A stretch of 64,000 bases of DNA, taken from contig CP070751.1 in the NCBI GenBank assembly GCA_020348445.1, positions 2,047,948 to 2,111,947 of the forward strand, in the 5' to 3' direction. Of the stretch, positions 18,601-29,000 are shown one piece after another. Numbering within the stretch: the first letter of the stretch is position 1; the number at the start of each line of letters is the position of its first letter. The notes beneath the pieces were generated by a model. It was not told the DNA's origin. It worked only from the letters and a program-made list of their open reading frames with translations, and did not search any database. A program made the position numbers and the translations under genes. Source of the stretch: Thermoplasmata archaeon. GTDB lineage: Archaea; Thermoplasmatota; Thermoplasmata; GCA-020350865.

Positions 18601-21542
18601 AATGGGATCGTCACATTCACCGCAATTTGTGCAGTTGAATTTGGATTAATGATTCCTGTGTCGGGAATTCCATCGGAAGCTGGGCCGGATTCAGTGTCCG
18701 CAAGTGGTGTCACACCATCGGCCTGAAGTAATTCCACGTTCCAACCGAGGATAGAAGAATAGGTGATGTCCATGACATCATCGAAATTGTTAAGGTTTGT
18801 AATGTTTAGAAAAAATGTGAGTGTCATGCCTGAAACACCTATCTCGAATTGATCCTGTTCTACTTTAACCAAGGGCAATGTAGGAATCGCGTCGAACACC
18901 CACCCTTCTTGTTGTGAGCTGATATCGTCAAAGCCAAGATTACCACCTGCTCCCTCGGGAATACGTGCCGCACTGCAATTTACATTATGTGGGGAGCTCC
19001 AACCCACCATATCCAATAGGCTCCCGCTTCCATCATAAAGATAGATATTGTCACCTGATATGTCCATCTGACTGAAGAGTCCAGGGGCATCAAGCGGGGT
19101 CAGTATGAAGTATTTATTAGATGGTGTGAGGACAGTGCCTGATGGAACCTCAAATTCATTGTCGCATATTATCTTGTATCCCTGTATATCAATGGAACCT
19201 GAACCAGTATACATCAATTCAATGAATCGGAGATTGAGATCTTGGGAATTGAACACAACCTCATTTAATACAACCTCTGAGCTGAAATTGGCCTGGGGAT
19301 TGTCGTTTACGAAACCGAAAGTTTGACCTGAAGTTGCGTTCCTACTCCATATGTTTGAGTAATTTCCTGATTCAAATATACGCTCCACACTCTCACTTGG
19401 GAGGGGATCAGGGATAGCTCCCTTTTGACCATAGTATACTTCCTCAATCAGGACACCATTTTGGTATAGACCTATGGTATCACCTTCTGGATTGAAGCCA
19501 TTTGGGGTGGTCACATTAAAAAGGGCATATCCATCCGCGCTGGCAATTGGGTTAACCCATACTCCACTAATGGGCCCGGATTCAGATTCGAGTGTAAAGC
19601 TAGACCTGAAGTCGATTGCAGGATACCTCGGGTTGTATACTTCGACTTGGGCTGCTTCAGATTCATTGTCAGATAACTCTGTAATGATTACTTCCAAAGG
19701 GCAGTTGAAAACCCAACCTGCCGCCTCTGATGTTATGTCATTGTAGCCTTGATAAGTGCCGGTTCCATCTGGTACCCTGCGCACGCTCATGTCCTGAAGA
19801 TGAGGAGAGTCCCAACCCACCATATCAAGCAGTTGCCCACTGTTATCATATAAATAAACATTGTCACCTGAGGCATCCATTTGGCTGAAAAAAATGGGAT
19901 CATCTAATTGAACCATGGTAAAATATTGATTTGAAGGGCTTAATACATGTCCTTGCGGAATACGGTACTCGGTATCGCAAATGATGCTGTATCCTTGGAT
20001 ATCAAGGGTTCCGCTACCCTGGTACATCAATTTTACAAAACCCAATTCCGGCGTTCCAAAATTGAACATGACCTCGTTTATTATCACTGGTGGGGAAGAT
20101 TCAACAGAAGGAACGTCATTTTGTGCACCCCATGTCGGACCAGAAGAATCGTTACGAAGCCAATAGTTTGTATAAAGTGATGTTGTAGCATCATATCGCC
20201 TTGCAACAGACTCACCGTTTAAAGGATCAGGTGCTGCGCCCTTCATCCCAAATCCAACCTGATCTATAGTTACGATATTTCCTCCTCCCAAATCCTGATA
20301 CAAGCCAATTGTATCACCTTCAGGATCAATAACTCCAGAAGTCAGAGTAAAGACACTGTATTCATAGCTTGGAAGGGGATCTTTATCCCAATTACCGGAC
20401 AATGGATTTATCCCATCTTTAGAAAGGAAATATCCCTCAGCCACTAAATCTGTGGTCCCTGATCCAAAATTGTATATCTCTATTTGCGTAGAAGAAGAGC
20501 TTGAGTCTGATAACTCAGTGATACGAAAACCACTTATTTGCGTATCATAGTAATCTCTTGAATCATTTAATGCAGACATCATATTGGCATGATCACTGCC
20601 CATTGCGATGATTAGGGTGAAGGTTCTTGAGGATCCTGCTGGTATCGTTATTCCATTCCATCCTACAGTGGATGTTCGATTTCCTAAAATTGTGTTTCCA
20701 ACAACACTGTTTGGTGCATGTAAGCGCTCGTACAACCATGTCTCGTTTTGCCAGAATACCTTATAATCATCATGTGTGGCGGGGTGAGAATCCTCTGAAA
20801 AATAATGCGTGATAGGATCAGAAATAGAAGCAGAACCGATTCCGATGGTTGTGCCACCATTATCAGAAGCCCAGTAGACATCTTCTGTTGAGTCAAAACC
20901 GTCGATGTCGTCCCCACTATCCCCACCTAAACCATATCCTGCACCCTCCTGGGAGATATCGACCTCCAGGCCCAGACAAAAATTCAAAATATCATCCAAA
21001 GGACTTTTTATGTTAATCACTCTCCATTGTAGTATCGCCCAATCCTTGTCCTTTACAGTCCAACATGTTTGATTGATGAGAATATCGTTAGCATCCTGCG
21101 TGGTTCCTATGTTCTGGAAAGAGGCGATGCTTTTCTGAATGGAGCCATCATCGATTATCATGGTAATGGGAGAAATCACCCCAAAATCATCTTGGGTTCT
21201 GTAATCACTGGATGCCAAGGTGTAACAATCTGCGATATCCACCATGCCAGGATTGTGATTGTAATTTGCCTGATCCACAACCAATCCTATGTAACCCCAA
21301 CCGCTGTTACTTACGGTTTGAAGTGTACCACCTTTAGGCCATTGTAGAGGCATCCAAATCCTGCCAAAATCTGTGAGCATTTTTACCTGAAGTTCTCCAA
21401 CATCATGATTTTCAGTGCCGGCACGGGCATTAGGTATCGAAAAAGATATTCCAATCAATAGAATGCTCGAAAGTAAAAGCACACTTATAGTCAATGAAAA
21501 GAATTTCCTTTTCTTTAAGTTCCCTCTTCTCCCTATCATCAA
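15699..21542 (-). CDS. Secreted multidomain protein: N-terminal domain, 2 lamin-tail (LTD) pairs, Ig domain, IgGFc-binding-like region, CARDB, FN3-like domain, twin C-terminal module; no TM anchor
   Basis: Signal peptide; ITELSD...QIEIYN and VIINEVMFN...LLDMVGW repeats; PDLAISTDDISFNP...INATIHNVG (CARDB); ends FQVSTTQATKFIFIGS; start TTG 21542 or ATG 21539. Confidence 0.85.
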   Translation of the reverse strand: MMIGRRGNLKKRKFFSLTISVLLLSSILLIGISFSIPNARAGTENHDVGELQVKMLTDFGRIWMPLQWPKGGTLQTVSNSGWGYIGLVVDQANYNHNPGMVDIADCYTLASSDYRTQDDFGVISPITMIIDDGSIQKSIASFQNIGTTQDANDILINQTCWTVKDKDWAILQWRVINIKSPLDDILNFCLGLEVDISQEGAGYGLGGDSGDDIDGFDSTEDVYWASDNGGTTIGIGSASISDPITHYFSEDSHPATHDDYKVFWQNETWLYERLHAPNSVVGNTILGNRTSTVGWNGITIPAGSSRTFTLIIAMGSDHANMMSALNDSRDYYDTQISGFRITELSDSSSSSTQIEIYNFGSGTTDLVAEGYFLSKDGINPLSGNWDKDPLPSYEYSVFTLTSGVIDPEGDTIGLYQDLGGGNIVTIDQVGFGMKGAAPDPLNGESVARRYDATTSLYTNYWLRNDSSGPTWGAQNDVPSVESSPPVIINEVMFNFGTPELGFVKLMYQGSGTLDIQGYSIICDTEYRIPQGHVLSPSNQYFTMVQLDDPIFFSQMDASGDNVYLYDNSGQLLDMVGWDSPHLQDMSVRRVPDGTGTYQGYNDITSEAAGWVFNCPLEVIITELSDNESEAAQVEVYNPRYPAIDFRSSFTLESESGPISGVWVNPIASADGYALFNVTTPNGFNPEGDTIGLYQNGVLIEEVYYGQKGAIPDPLPSESVERIFESGNYSNIWSRNATSGQTFGFVNDNPQANFSSEVVLNEVVFNSQDLNLRFIELMYTGSGSIDIQGYKIICDNEFEVPSGTVLTPSNKYFILTPLDAPGLFSQMDISGDNIYLYDGSGSLLDMVGWSSPHNVNCSAARIPEGAGGNLGFDDISSQQEGWVFDAIPTLPLVKVEQDQFEIGVSGMTLTFFLNITNLNNFDDVMDITYSSILGWNVELLQADGVTPLADTESGPASDGIPDTGIINPNSTAQIAVNVTIPFGVPGGVTEFTTIFARSNINPMASDCAQLNSTTLMGLEYRSPNRYVTFVRGTLMVIGHVDNTQIKVTDLSNGIQIAQFSINEGGSWTTSLTNAHVDINATHNVTVLSGDSLYASGGNSWMSYIPTSGGNKYGNIFYGFVAQEMYIFVPSLISQPPTSISITDMSDGDDTQILTDVNTDFLNADVEIYKLTGFDDDIVKIESNILISVLAGKVSGGLDWTATPPSVNGTEKGNRFFVFASDSLTVLPLEDNTTVDVIDLSDGDDTMTLLMNRFDIYTQRSNSEYGNPIIARPGVTLFHNSNNLIDDDYMEIRADKDVLIYIGPVSDHRQEFADLSPSVSTGIFSQEVFTYAQNGGANDFQIFVYDKNHTVVKITSLTYSWGPGTGRNNFYDFTLDADDLLGNGPWWWEWGGWGGNILHLQSNLPVTVFNGDFDGPSFGSFLSVINPPENLRYPDLAISTDDISFNPGSEVFRDSIVKINATIHNVGDLDVTNVKVSFYDDDPLLGGRLICPNLTIPLLLIGDNYTVSITWIPQKIGVFRIFVAVDYPSPGFFIEIDETNNIASKVLEVLGYDPPKLFIECTGDDILLSWTHPKLSYLSHFLIYCATSQTEFDFTTPWVDTSGNLANGTDPVDGQVILLRTTWNDTNAASTLASKEYYYVIRGVFKNGETSYTSRTVGKYTRTFPAGISSFSLPLEPLENQIPTADFYLNDMNARYIKWIDPSTRTWMKHGEGEINDTILSVGRGFEVGFASQTKYTFCGMPGSMIMYDNVSFGFDTTPRIGDAQNLTIFIDDNGDVYLTWMTPKNTRLEFEFRVYRSHKRDGFWGDEDDDYIDLKIIINNYGPGEWITQVDSGIAIPGAEIYYMIIPYNQTTGERGIGTYSIGIWYAQYLSQYDTMALPLKPDAYETADWFCDNIENVVGINYLDPTLGDWLWHSTRMPRGAYDPVIEMGFGFQVSTTQATKFIFIGS

Positions 21543-21799
21543 GTTACCTCTTCTGCCTCCTAGCTCTAAGAGGTTAATGGTATAGCTTGTTCCACCTTTT
21601 CTCTATATTCATGCCAGACCTCTTATAATTTTCCGTATGGTCTGGAAGGGAAATTTACAAAAATTCTGGATTTACATTGGCAATTCTTAAGATTATTTAT
21701 CAGAAAGAGATGCCCCGGTGAGCCCAGTTGGAATTAATGTGAATATCTAATTTAAAATCAATTATCATTGAAGTAGTCTTATAGCAACTTCTATTTTTT

Positions 21800-24700
21800 C
21801 TACCAGTTAATAGTCCAGGTGCAGTCTGCTGTTACGTGAATGTATAGCCCAAACCCAGCTTCAATTTGAACGAGGTCATCAGGAGAATACGAACCTGGAT
21901 CATATGCCTTCCATGGATCCGATGTATCACTTGCATTATAGTACATAACCATATCCACCTCAGAGGCAATGGTAAAGAATGCATCAGACGGACTGATTCC
22001 CGCATTTCGGGTAGTCAAGGTTGGATATCCCACCATATTCCAGCCCGGTTTTAATTCTATATTGGTCACTGGGTCTGGATCAAAACCTGCCACAGTTAAA
22101 GTGTCGTCTGTTTTCATATAAATCCAAACGCCCATTATCCTTTCGATGTTTAGGAGGTCGTTTAATCCTGCTTTTTTAACATGATAATGTTTCCAATGAT
22201 CTTTTATATCGCTGATATTGAACCATTGCACTGCCAAATAGTTACCTTCGATATTTGAAAGTACATTCTCCAATCCTGTATCAGTCATATTGATGGGGAT
22301 GGAAATCAAGTTCCAACCTTTTTTGAGGGGTGTGTTGAACTTGGTTCCTCCCAAGACTATTACTACATTCTTGCTTGAATCCATATCTGTGATCTCCAAT
22401 CCAGACCTGGCTCCCTCAGCGGCAGAGATATTATGCGGTGTGTAGTAGTACTTACCACCTGTCTGCGTCTCCACATATTCGGTTACCACCAACCATCTGA
22501 TCCAACCATCAGCAGGTGTTTGGCCAGTGAACAGGTTGGTGCCGTATGTGTCATTTACCCATACATCTGCAAACTCCACAGGGACATTGGGAGGCTCCAC
22601 AACCCTGACATTTAGATACCAGTTGACTGTAAGGTTGGAAGCAGCGTCTGTTATGACTGTTTTAGTCTTATCCAAGGTCGTGTTCAATAGCCAGGGATGA
22701 GAATCACCAGTTATGAAGAATTCACTCCCCGCCACGGATGCAACCATTGTGCTATTGTAAATCTTTGGTGAAGAAAGCCCCTCACAATAGATATTACGCT
22801 CACCCGAATTTTCTATTGTGCACCTTTCAACAATGCCGTTGGAGCCTAAGGTATATCGTAATCCTATTGTGTTCGAGTTAATTATTTGATTGCCTGTGAT
22901 GGTTGGATTCGAGTTTCTTAAGTATATTCCATGATCGTTGCTGCTTATGATATTTCCAGATCCAATGGATGCATCTGAGTTATCAAGATATATACCAACG
23001 GAATTGTTGTAAATATCGTTATTATCACCAATAGTGACGGCATTTGAATTTAAAATGTAAACACCGATATTATTTTCATAGATATCATTTCCTGATATCT
23101 GCGCAACCGAGGGATCAAGCCAAATTCCATAAGTATTTCCGCTTGTATCATAGGTTGTTATGTCATTTCCTATAATTGCATTCATAATCCCCAAATTTGT
23201 GCCGTAAATTCCATATGTACCGTTCTTTCCATATGTGTCTGATGTAGCATTGTACCCGGCTATTCCTGGTCGAATATTGTTTCCAAATATTATCACCTGG
23301 CTCGAACTCGTGGCATAGATGGAGAATCTTGATGCGTTGCCGGGTCCGTAATATCCAGTATCTGCATTTCCTCCATCACCACCAATTATACTCAAAACGC
23401 TGTCAACAGTTATGAAATCGGAATTACCACCGATGTATATTGCTGAACTTCCATTACCTCCACCTCCAGAGGGGTTGAAATTATCACCTCCTCTTCCACC
23501 TATTATACTCCCTCCATTAATAATCCAGCCAGTGGATCCGGATAAACCTACCCCCGTTCCACCTTCTCCCGCAAATGGATTTACCCCATAATTGTGTCCC
23601 CCCATACCGCCATATAGGTAGGAGGATGTGCATGCACCCGAGCCATATTGAGAGAATAATGCATTGCCTCCTTCTCCACATCCATCCAAAAATGTTCCAC
23701 CGGCCCAATCATCCCCGCCATTTCCACCAGTAGAATTTGAATTGTTAATATCGGCCTGTGTGATAAAGGTAGGTGTATCAGAGTAAAGAAGGATACCATT
23801 TCCAGCATCTCCTGCGATGACCATAATTCCTGTAAGGGCATTATTTCCACCATCTCCCCCAAACATCGAGGATTTTGATATTAACACATTTGTGGATTTC
23901 CAGAGCAATATCCCGTTACCGCCTTCACCAGCGCTTGGAATGGATCCTGGACCTCCACTTCCAGTGTTGTCACCACCATTACCTCCTGCAATTACAGGAT
24001 TCTCCTCTATAGTCAATGAACATGGTGTCCTTATGTCCTGGGTTAAGATTCCATGACCCCCATTTCCGGCTGTCCAGCCCATGATATTCCAATCGGCATT
24101 ATTTTGTCCTCCATTCCCCCCCATAATCAAGTCATTGTAACTTATTATGGCAGTGCCATCGCTTCCGGCGGGATTGTCTATGATCATTATCGAATGGTTA
24201 CCTTCTCCTGCATTGCCGTCACTTAATGCAAGGTTGTCTCCTCCATTTCCTCCGAGAATAGCGTTATTGCCACTGATATCCACAGTAGCGATATCAGGTA
24301 CAGGGATGACTTGGATTCCCATGCCCCCGTCTCCTGCAGACATCATCGGCGTGGTGTTGTTACCACCTCTGCCACCCATTATAATTTCGTTACCTATAAT
24401 CGATAGGTCACCATTGTAGGAATTATCATAGATCCCGTGACCACCAAAGCCGCCTCCACTACCCAGCATATCATCTCCACCATTGCCACCGTATATACGG
24501 TTGTTGGAAATAGTAATCGAGAGGGAACTTCCCGCCAGGTATATCCCACCGCCACCATCAATTCCACCCAGGCTCCCTGCACTCCCATTGTATCCCCAAA
24601 TATCGTTGTTGTCGACAACTGCATTGGAGGAATCGAATCCTATTGCATAGGAAGTCGCGTTTATTATGGTACTGTCCATTACATTTGCAGAAGAAGAAGC

Positions 24701-25420
24701 TGCATAGATACCTACTTGACCCACATTCATGATCGTACTGTTGAAAACAGATATGGATGAAGAAGACATAGCATAGATACCCACTTGATCTACATCCATG
24801 ATCGTACTGTTAGCAACAAAAATGGATGATGAGAGGGCATAAATACCAAATTGACCCATATTAATAATGGAACTGTTGGTCATGTTCATTGTGGCAGCAC
24901 CCACATAAATCACATTTGCTCCAGATACATCAGTATAATTGAAAGAAACGTAGCTTCTTGTAAGAATATAGATTCCCTCCCACGCAGAGCCTGTAACATT
25001 TTGGGTAAGAAGCACAGGTGAAACAGGGGTTCCATTTACGAACATAGTTGCCCCTGTAGTATCTTGTCCAACCTGAATTACAAATCCTGGATCGATTCGA
25101 ACTTCTGCACCTGCTTCTATTTCAAGAATGTAACCATCTTGTACAATAAAATTGTTGCTTACAGTATGGTTATTATCCTTATTATGCCAAGTTACCTTCA
25201 TATCACCTGCAGGATCCCCATTGTAATCCAGACCTCCTCCAAAATTCTGATCCTCCCATTGTGCAGAGTTCGTGTGGTCTTTATCAGCAAAAGCCGTGGG
25301 TTGACTTATCGGGAACACCAAAAGGAATCCGCTTGCAACCAAAAGCCATACAATTAAAAAGGATGTGGCTCTTTTTGCTTTTAAATATTCATATTCTCCA
25401 CCTTTTTTCTTCATGCTCAT
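21800..25420 (-). CDS. Secreted beta-helix protein with a glycine-rich repeat region and C-terminal twin GWNLISIP module
   Basis: Signal-like N-terminus; LEIEAGAEVRI; ~12 units of I.GG.GG.N...G.GG.GI; NosD coils; LKKGWNLISIP and LKPGWNMVGYP; no TM. Confidence 0.85.
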   Translation of the reverse strand: MSMKKKGGEYEYLKAKRATSFLIVWLLVASGFLLVFPISQPTAFADKDHTNSAQWEDQNFGGGLDYNGDPAGDMKVTWHNKDNNHTVSNNFIVQDGYILEIEAGAEVRIDPGFVIQVGQDTTGATMFVNGTPVSPVLLTQNVTGSAWEGIYILTRSYVSFNYTDVSGANVIYVGAATMNMTNSSIINMGQFGIYALSSSIFVANSTIMDVDQVGIYAMSSSSISVFNSTIMNVGQVGIYAASSSANVMDSTIINATSYAIGFDSSNAVVDNNDIWGYNGSAGSLGGIDGGGGIYLAGSSLSITISNNRIYGGNGGDDMLGSGGGFGGHGIYDNSYNGDLSIIGNEIIMGGRGGNNTTPMMSAGDGGMGIQVIPVPDIATVDISGNNAILGGNGGDNLALSDGNAGEGNHSIMIIDNPAGSDGTAIISYNDLIMGGNGGQNNADWNIMGWTAGNGGHGILTQDIRTPCSLTIEENPVIAGGNGGDNTGSGGPGSIPSAGEGGNGILLWKSTNVLISKSSMFGGDGGNNALTGIMVIAGDAGNGILLYSDTPTFITQADINNSNSTGGNGGDDWAGGTFLDGCGEGGNALFSQYGSGACTSSYLYGGMGGHNYGVNPFAGEGGTGVGLSGSTGWIINGGSIIGGRGGDNFNPSGGGGNGSSAIYIGGNSDFITVDSVLSIIGGDGGNADTGYYGPGNASRFSIYATSSSQVIIFGNNIRPGIAGYNATSDTYGKNGTYGIYGTNLGIMNAIIGNDITTYDTSGNTYGIWLDPSVAQISGNDIYENNIGVYILNSNAVTIGDNNDIYNNSVGIYLDNSDASIGSGNIISSNDHGIYLRNSNPTITGNQIINSNTIGLRYTLGSNGIVERCTIENSGERNIYCEGLSSPKIYNSTMVASVAGSEFFITGDSHPWLLNTTLDKTKTVITDAASNLTVNWYLNVRVVEPPNVPVEFADVWVNDTYGTNLFTGQTPADGWIRWLVVTEYVETQTGGKYYYTPHNISAAEGARSGLEITDMDSSKNVVIVLGGTKFNTPLKKGWNLISIPINMTDTGLENVLSNIEGNYLAVQWFNISDIKDHWKHYHVKKAGLNDLLNIERIMGVWIYMKTDDTLTVAGFDPDPVTNIELKPGWNMVGYPTLTTRNAGISPSDAFFTIASEVDMVMYYNASDTSDPWKAYDPGSYSPDDLVQIEAGFGLYIHVTADCTWTINW

Positions 25421-25811
25421 CAGTCCTCACATTTCTCTATCCCATCAAAATCGAATTATAGAAGATTATAAAATATAATCGGGCTTCTACTACTTAAGTA
25501 TTTTAGAACGTTTTTTGAAGTGTATTTGTAAATATTTAAACCACTACTTTTAAGGAGGTATGTCTGAAGATCATGTTTTCAAGAGAGAATTAAATTGTTG
25601 ATCTCTAAAGCAATCAAATTTATAAAACAATATATGTGGACCAGATTCAAGTTGATTCAACATTTTAATCTCAGCCCATAAAACATAGGCCCAATCCAAA
25701 TAAAAAGGTTTACATGCTATTAAAATTAACCATAGTATATAAATAAATCCATAATAATTCGCATATAATTTAAATACTTTTTAACTACTGTTCCATAAAA
25801 TATTTAAGGAT

Positions 25812-25890
25812 AAAGAATTATATATATAAATATATACAAATCGACTGTATATAATATTTCAAAAGGATATATGTACATTTATAATAATCG
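25812..25890 (+). promoter_or_regulatory. Candidate archaeal TATA-box region for the 26096 gene
   Basis: AATTATATATATAAATATATA near 25817-25837 and TTTATAA at 25878-25884 in an AT-rich divergent intergenic region. Confidence 0.4.
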
Positions 25891-25902
25891 ATATAATCAG
25901 CA

Positions 25903-26089
25903 CCTTGGGGGATGACCTTACCATCCGATAAAAAACCTAGGGGGGATGTCCAGGGTAAGAGAACCATTAATAAGGCCTCATATTATCTACTTCGTGTTCT
26001 GCTCAATTACACTCTTTGTATTGAGTTCACAGAACAAAGCGCCGAGGAGGGGCGCTATGACATAAATACCCAAGGCCTTAGGAGGGAGG
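25903..26089 (+). ncRNA. Candidate structured 5' leader (multi-stem junction) of the 26096 gene
   Basis: Complementary segments: 25903-09/26069-75, 25917-21/25955-59, 25922-26/25944-48, 25995-26001/26030-36, 26002-07/26020-25, 26038-43/26051-56; SD GGAGGGAGG at 26081-89. Confidence 0.5.
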
Positions 26090-26095
26090 CAAAAA

Positions 26096-29000
26096 ATGGC
26101 AAAATTTAGAAAATTAACGACATCTCTTACGGCATTAATGATGACAATAAGTACTATGGTAATGATGTTTTCACCTGTAGCAGCGATACCAATTGTCTCA
26201 ATTTCAGGCCCTATCGATGTAGATGAGGGTGTATCAGACGTCTTTACGGGAACAATCTCAGGTTACGGTACAGGTACACCCGCAGGTTATGACATCGACG
26301 ATACACTTATCGAGCCATTTATCGACGCAACAGGGGGCACGACATTAATAACCTCGGCTGGTTCTAGCGGAGCAGTGGCAACCCTTGCCCTACCATTCGA
26401 CTTCAATTTCTGGGGAGTATATTACCCTGCTGGAAGCACGATCTGGGTAACTTCAAATGCTGTGATGGACTTTGGGTGTGGAGACCATTTTAATTACTAC
26501 AACTATAACATTCCAAGCACATCAAGTTCCAGTCCTAACAATGCTGCGTATGTGTACCAGGATAGCATGCGGATAAGGAGTAGTTCTTCAAGCTTCGTAT
26601 GCTATGAGGTAGGTATAGCCACCGGGGGAGAAACAAATGATCCAAACAAGATAGGCCATACATACCTTGCTATCGAGTGGCACAATATGTATTATAGCTC
26701 GACCTCTTCCAACCCAGGCACGTTGGAGATCGTTCTATGGGACGACGACGACATAGACATGCGCTATTACGACGTTCGCTTCTACTATACGTCCCACAGC
26801 TATGGCAGAAGTACAACAGTTGGCTTAGAAAATGCGGACGGCACAGAGGCTGCAAAATACTGCTATAATCCCTCTAGTCCAGGTCCGATAAGTAATGGTA
26901 TGAACATAAGATACACATGGCATGAGGCTGGAGGTACAGGCTACGAGTGGAAAGTCGATGGTACGTTGGTAGACGCAGGTTTTGTCGGTTCTGACCCATT
27001 CTCTGCAACGCTCAGCTATGCATTTCCAGACGGTCCTGCGACAGGAACCATCGAGTTGATTGTGACCTACGATGGTGCACCCATAGACTTCACCACCCAT
27101 ACCGTGACAGTTCACAACGTGGCACCACTTGTTTACGGCGATAACACCTACGCTGACAACTATGCAGGCGCTGATAACGCGGTCTATCTTGGCGATTGGA
27201 TTTATTTCCACGGCCATATATCGGATGTAGCTGCCGATACTCCACCCGACTGGGAACCACACCAGTGGGTCGAAGTCACTCCTGGCTCTGAAGGAGTTGA
27301 ATGGGAAATCACTCCCTACACTGGACCTTATGAGCCATACTGGGAATACAACTGGGAGATCAAGTTCCTGAGACCAGGTACATATACGGTAACTGTGTAT
27401 GTCCAAGACAAGGATGGCGGCATAGGATGGGGCTCTGACGAGGATGCACCTAGAACTGTAGTTGTAATTGAACACATCCGTTATCAATGGACAGGAGCAG
27501 GTCATGGCCTCAAAGTGCTCGATGCAGCTGTCAAACCGGCCGATGTTCAGGCAGGCGGAATGACTTTAGCGTACCTAAAGGTAATGCATGATCATCCGGA
27601 TCCAGATGTCCAAGTACCTCTAATCAAGGAGGACCTCCAAACGCTTATCCCAGAAGATTGGGAGCTGCTTAGGGTATACGGCCCAGAATGGATCAACGGC
27701 GGTTCTACTGAAATCTTAACTGCAGCAATATCCATACCACCTGGAACACCTGTGGGAGACTACAGTTTCTTTGTTGAACCCATCCCCTATTCCATACCCA
27801 ATCACTGGCACGAAATCGGAGGCGGTGTATGGTGGTGCGGAGACGACATTACAGACGAATACGGTCAATATTATGCAGATCCGCTGACGTACAAGGACGT
27901 TTATGTCGATGCCCAGTATCTAAGGTTGACCCATTCCATAGTGTCAGATTCCGCTTCCGGCGGTTGTGTCCTCATAGACGATGGATCAGGATGGGCACTG
28001 CTCACGCCATTGGACGGATATATCGACACTGTATTTGCCTTGGGTCGAGCTCTTGATCTACCGTACACGGTGGACGGCCCGGGTTTCACCTACACATACA
28101 GTGGTGTTGACTACTTCGATATATCAGACTATGCAGGACAGCAGGTCGACATAATACTGATGTTCGCAAGCTGGAGTTCATCTGGCTACCGCGGCTGGGA
28201 CATATTTGATATCAGTCTTGTTGATCATGACGGCACAAACGTGTTCTTCGACGATTTTACTAACGCGGATAACTGGGATACAGATGACAGGTACGGGGTT
28301 CTGGACTACGATATGGACGATAGTGGTGATTGCGTCGATTACTGGATCGATATCGTTGACCCAGCAAACGATTTGGGTATGGATGAAGACTATCCATATT
28401 ACAGATACGTACTACCGTATGACTTCACATTCTACGGCCAGACGTTTAGCCAGTTGACCATAGCCGCATTCGGGTACCTGGTAATGGACTACCCACCCTA
28501 TGGCACTGTTACCAAAAGTCCCCAAGAGTTTCCAACTTCCACATCGTACCTCAAATACGTGATAGCACCGCTTCATGCAGATCTGAGCCCTGGAACTGGT
28601 TCTTACGAGCGTGGTTTGATTTATGGTAAGCAGATAGGCAGTCAATTGGTGGTGACTTGGGATGATGTGATGATAGGTTATTCATCGTCCACAAGTGTGA
28701 CGTTCCAGGTGATACTGGATAACAGCGATAACTCAATACGATTCAACTACCTCGATATGAATGTGGGTACCAGCTTATCCAGATGTATGGTTGGACTCAA
28801 TGCAGATGACGGTGTGAGACATGAAAGCTACTATTACAGGTACTATTCCACTGAGACAGGAACCCTCCCTGATACCTGCACAACGATTCTATACACACCA
28901 GGCCCAATGGAAAAGGTCGGAGGCTGGGAGATAACAACTGAAGGCCTGATAACAGACAGCCCTGGTGAGGACTATGCAGATTCTTTTGATACATACCTCA

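Noticed and set aside
25552-25601. AAGGAGGT abutting a 13-codon ORF MSEDHVFKRELNC
   Set aside because: Zero spacing between SD and ATG; too short to support
25903-26089. Assignment of the leader as a c-di-AMP (ydaO) or other known riboswitch
   Set aside because: Consensus elements such as GCUGAAUCC and CAGCUAAC are not present; left unassigned
25912-26109. 65-aa ORF overlapping the structured leader
   Set aside because: No SD, no protein-like features; base-pairing explains the sequence better
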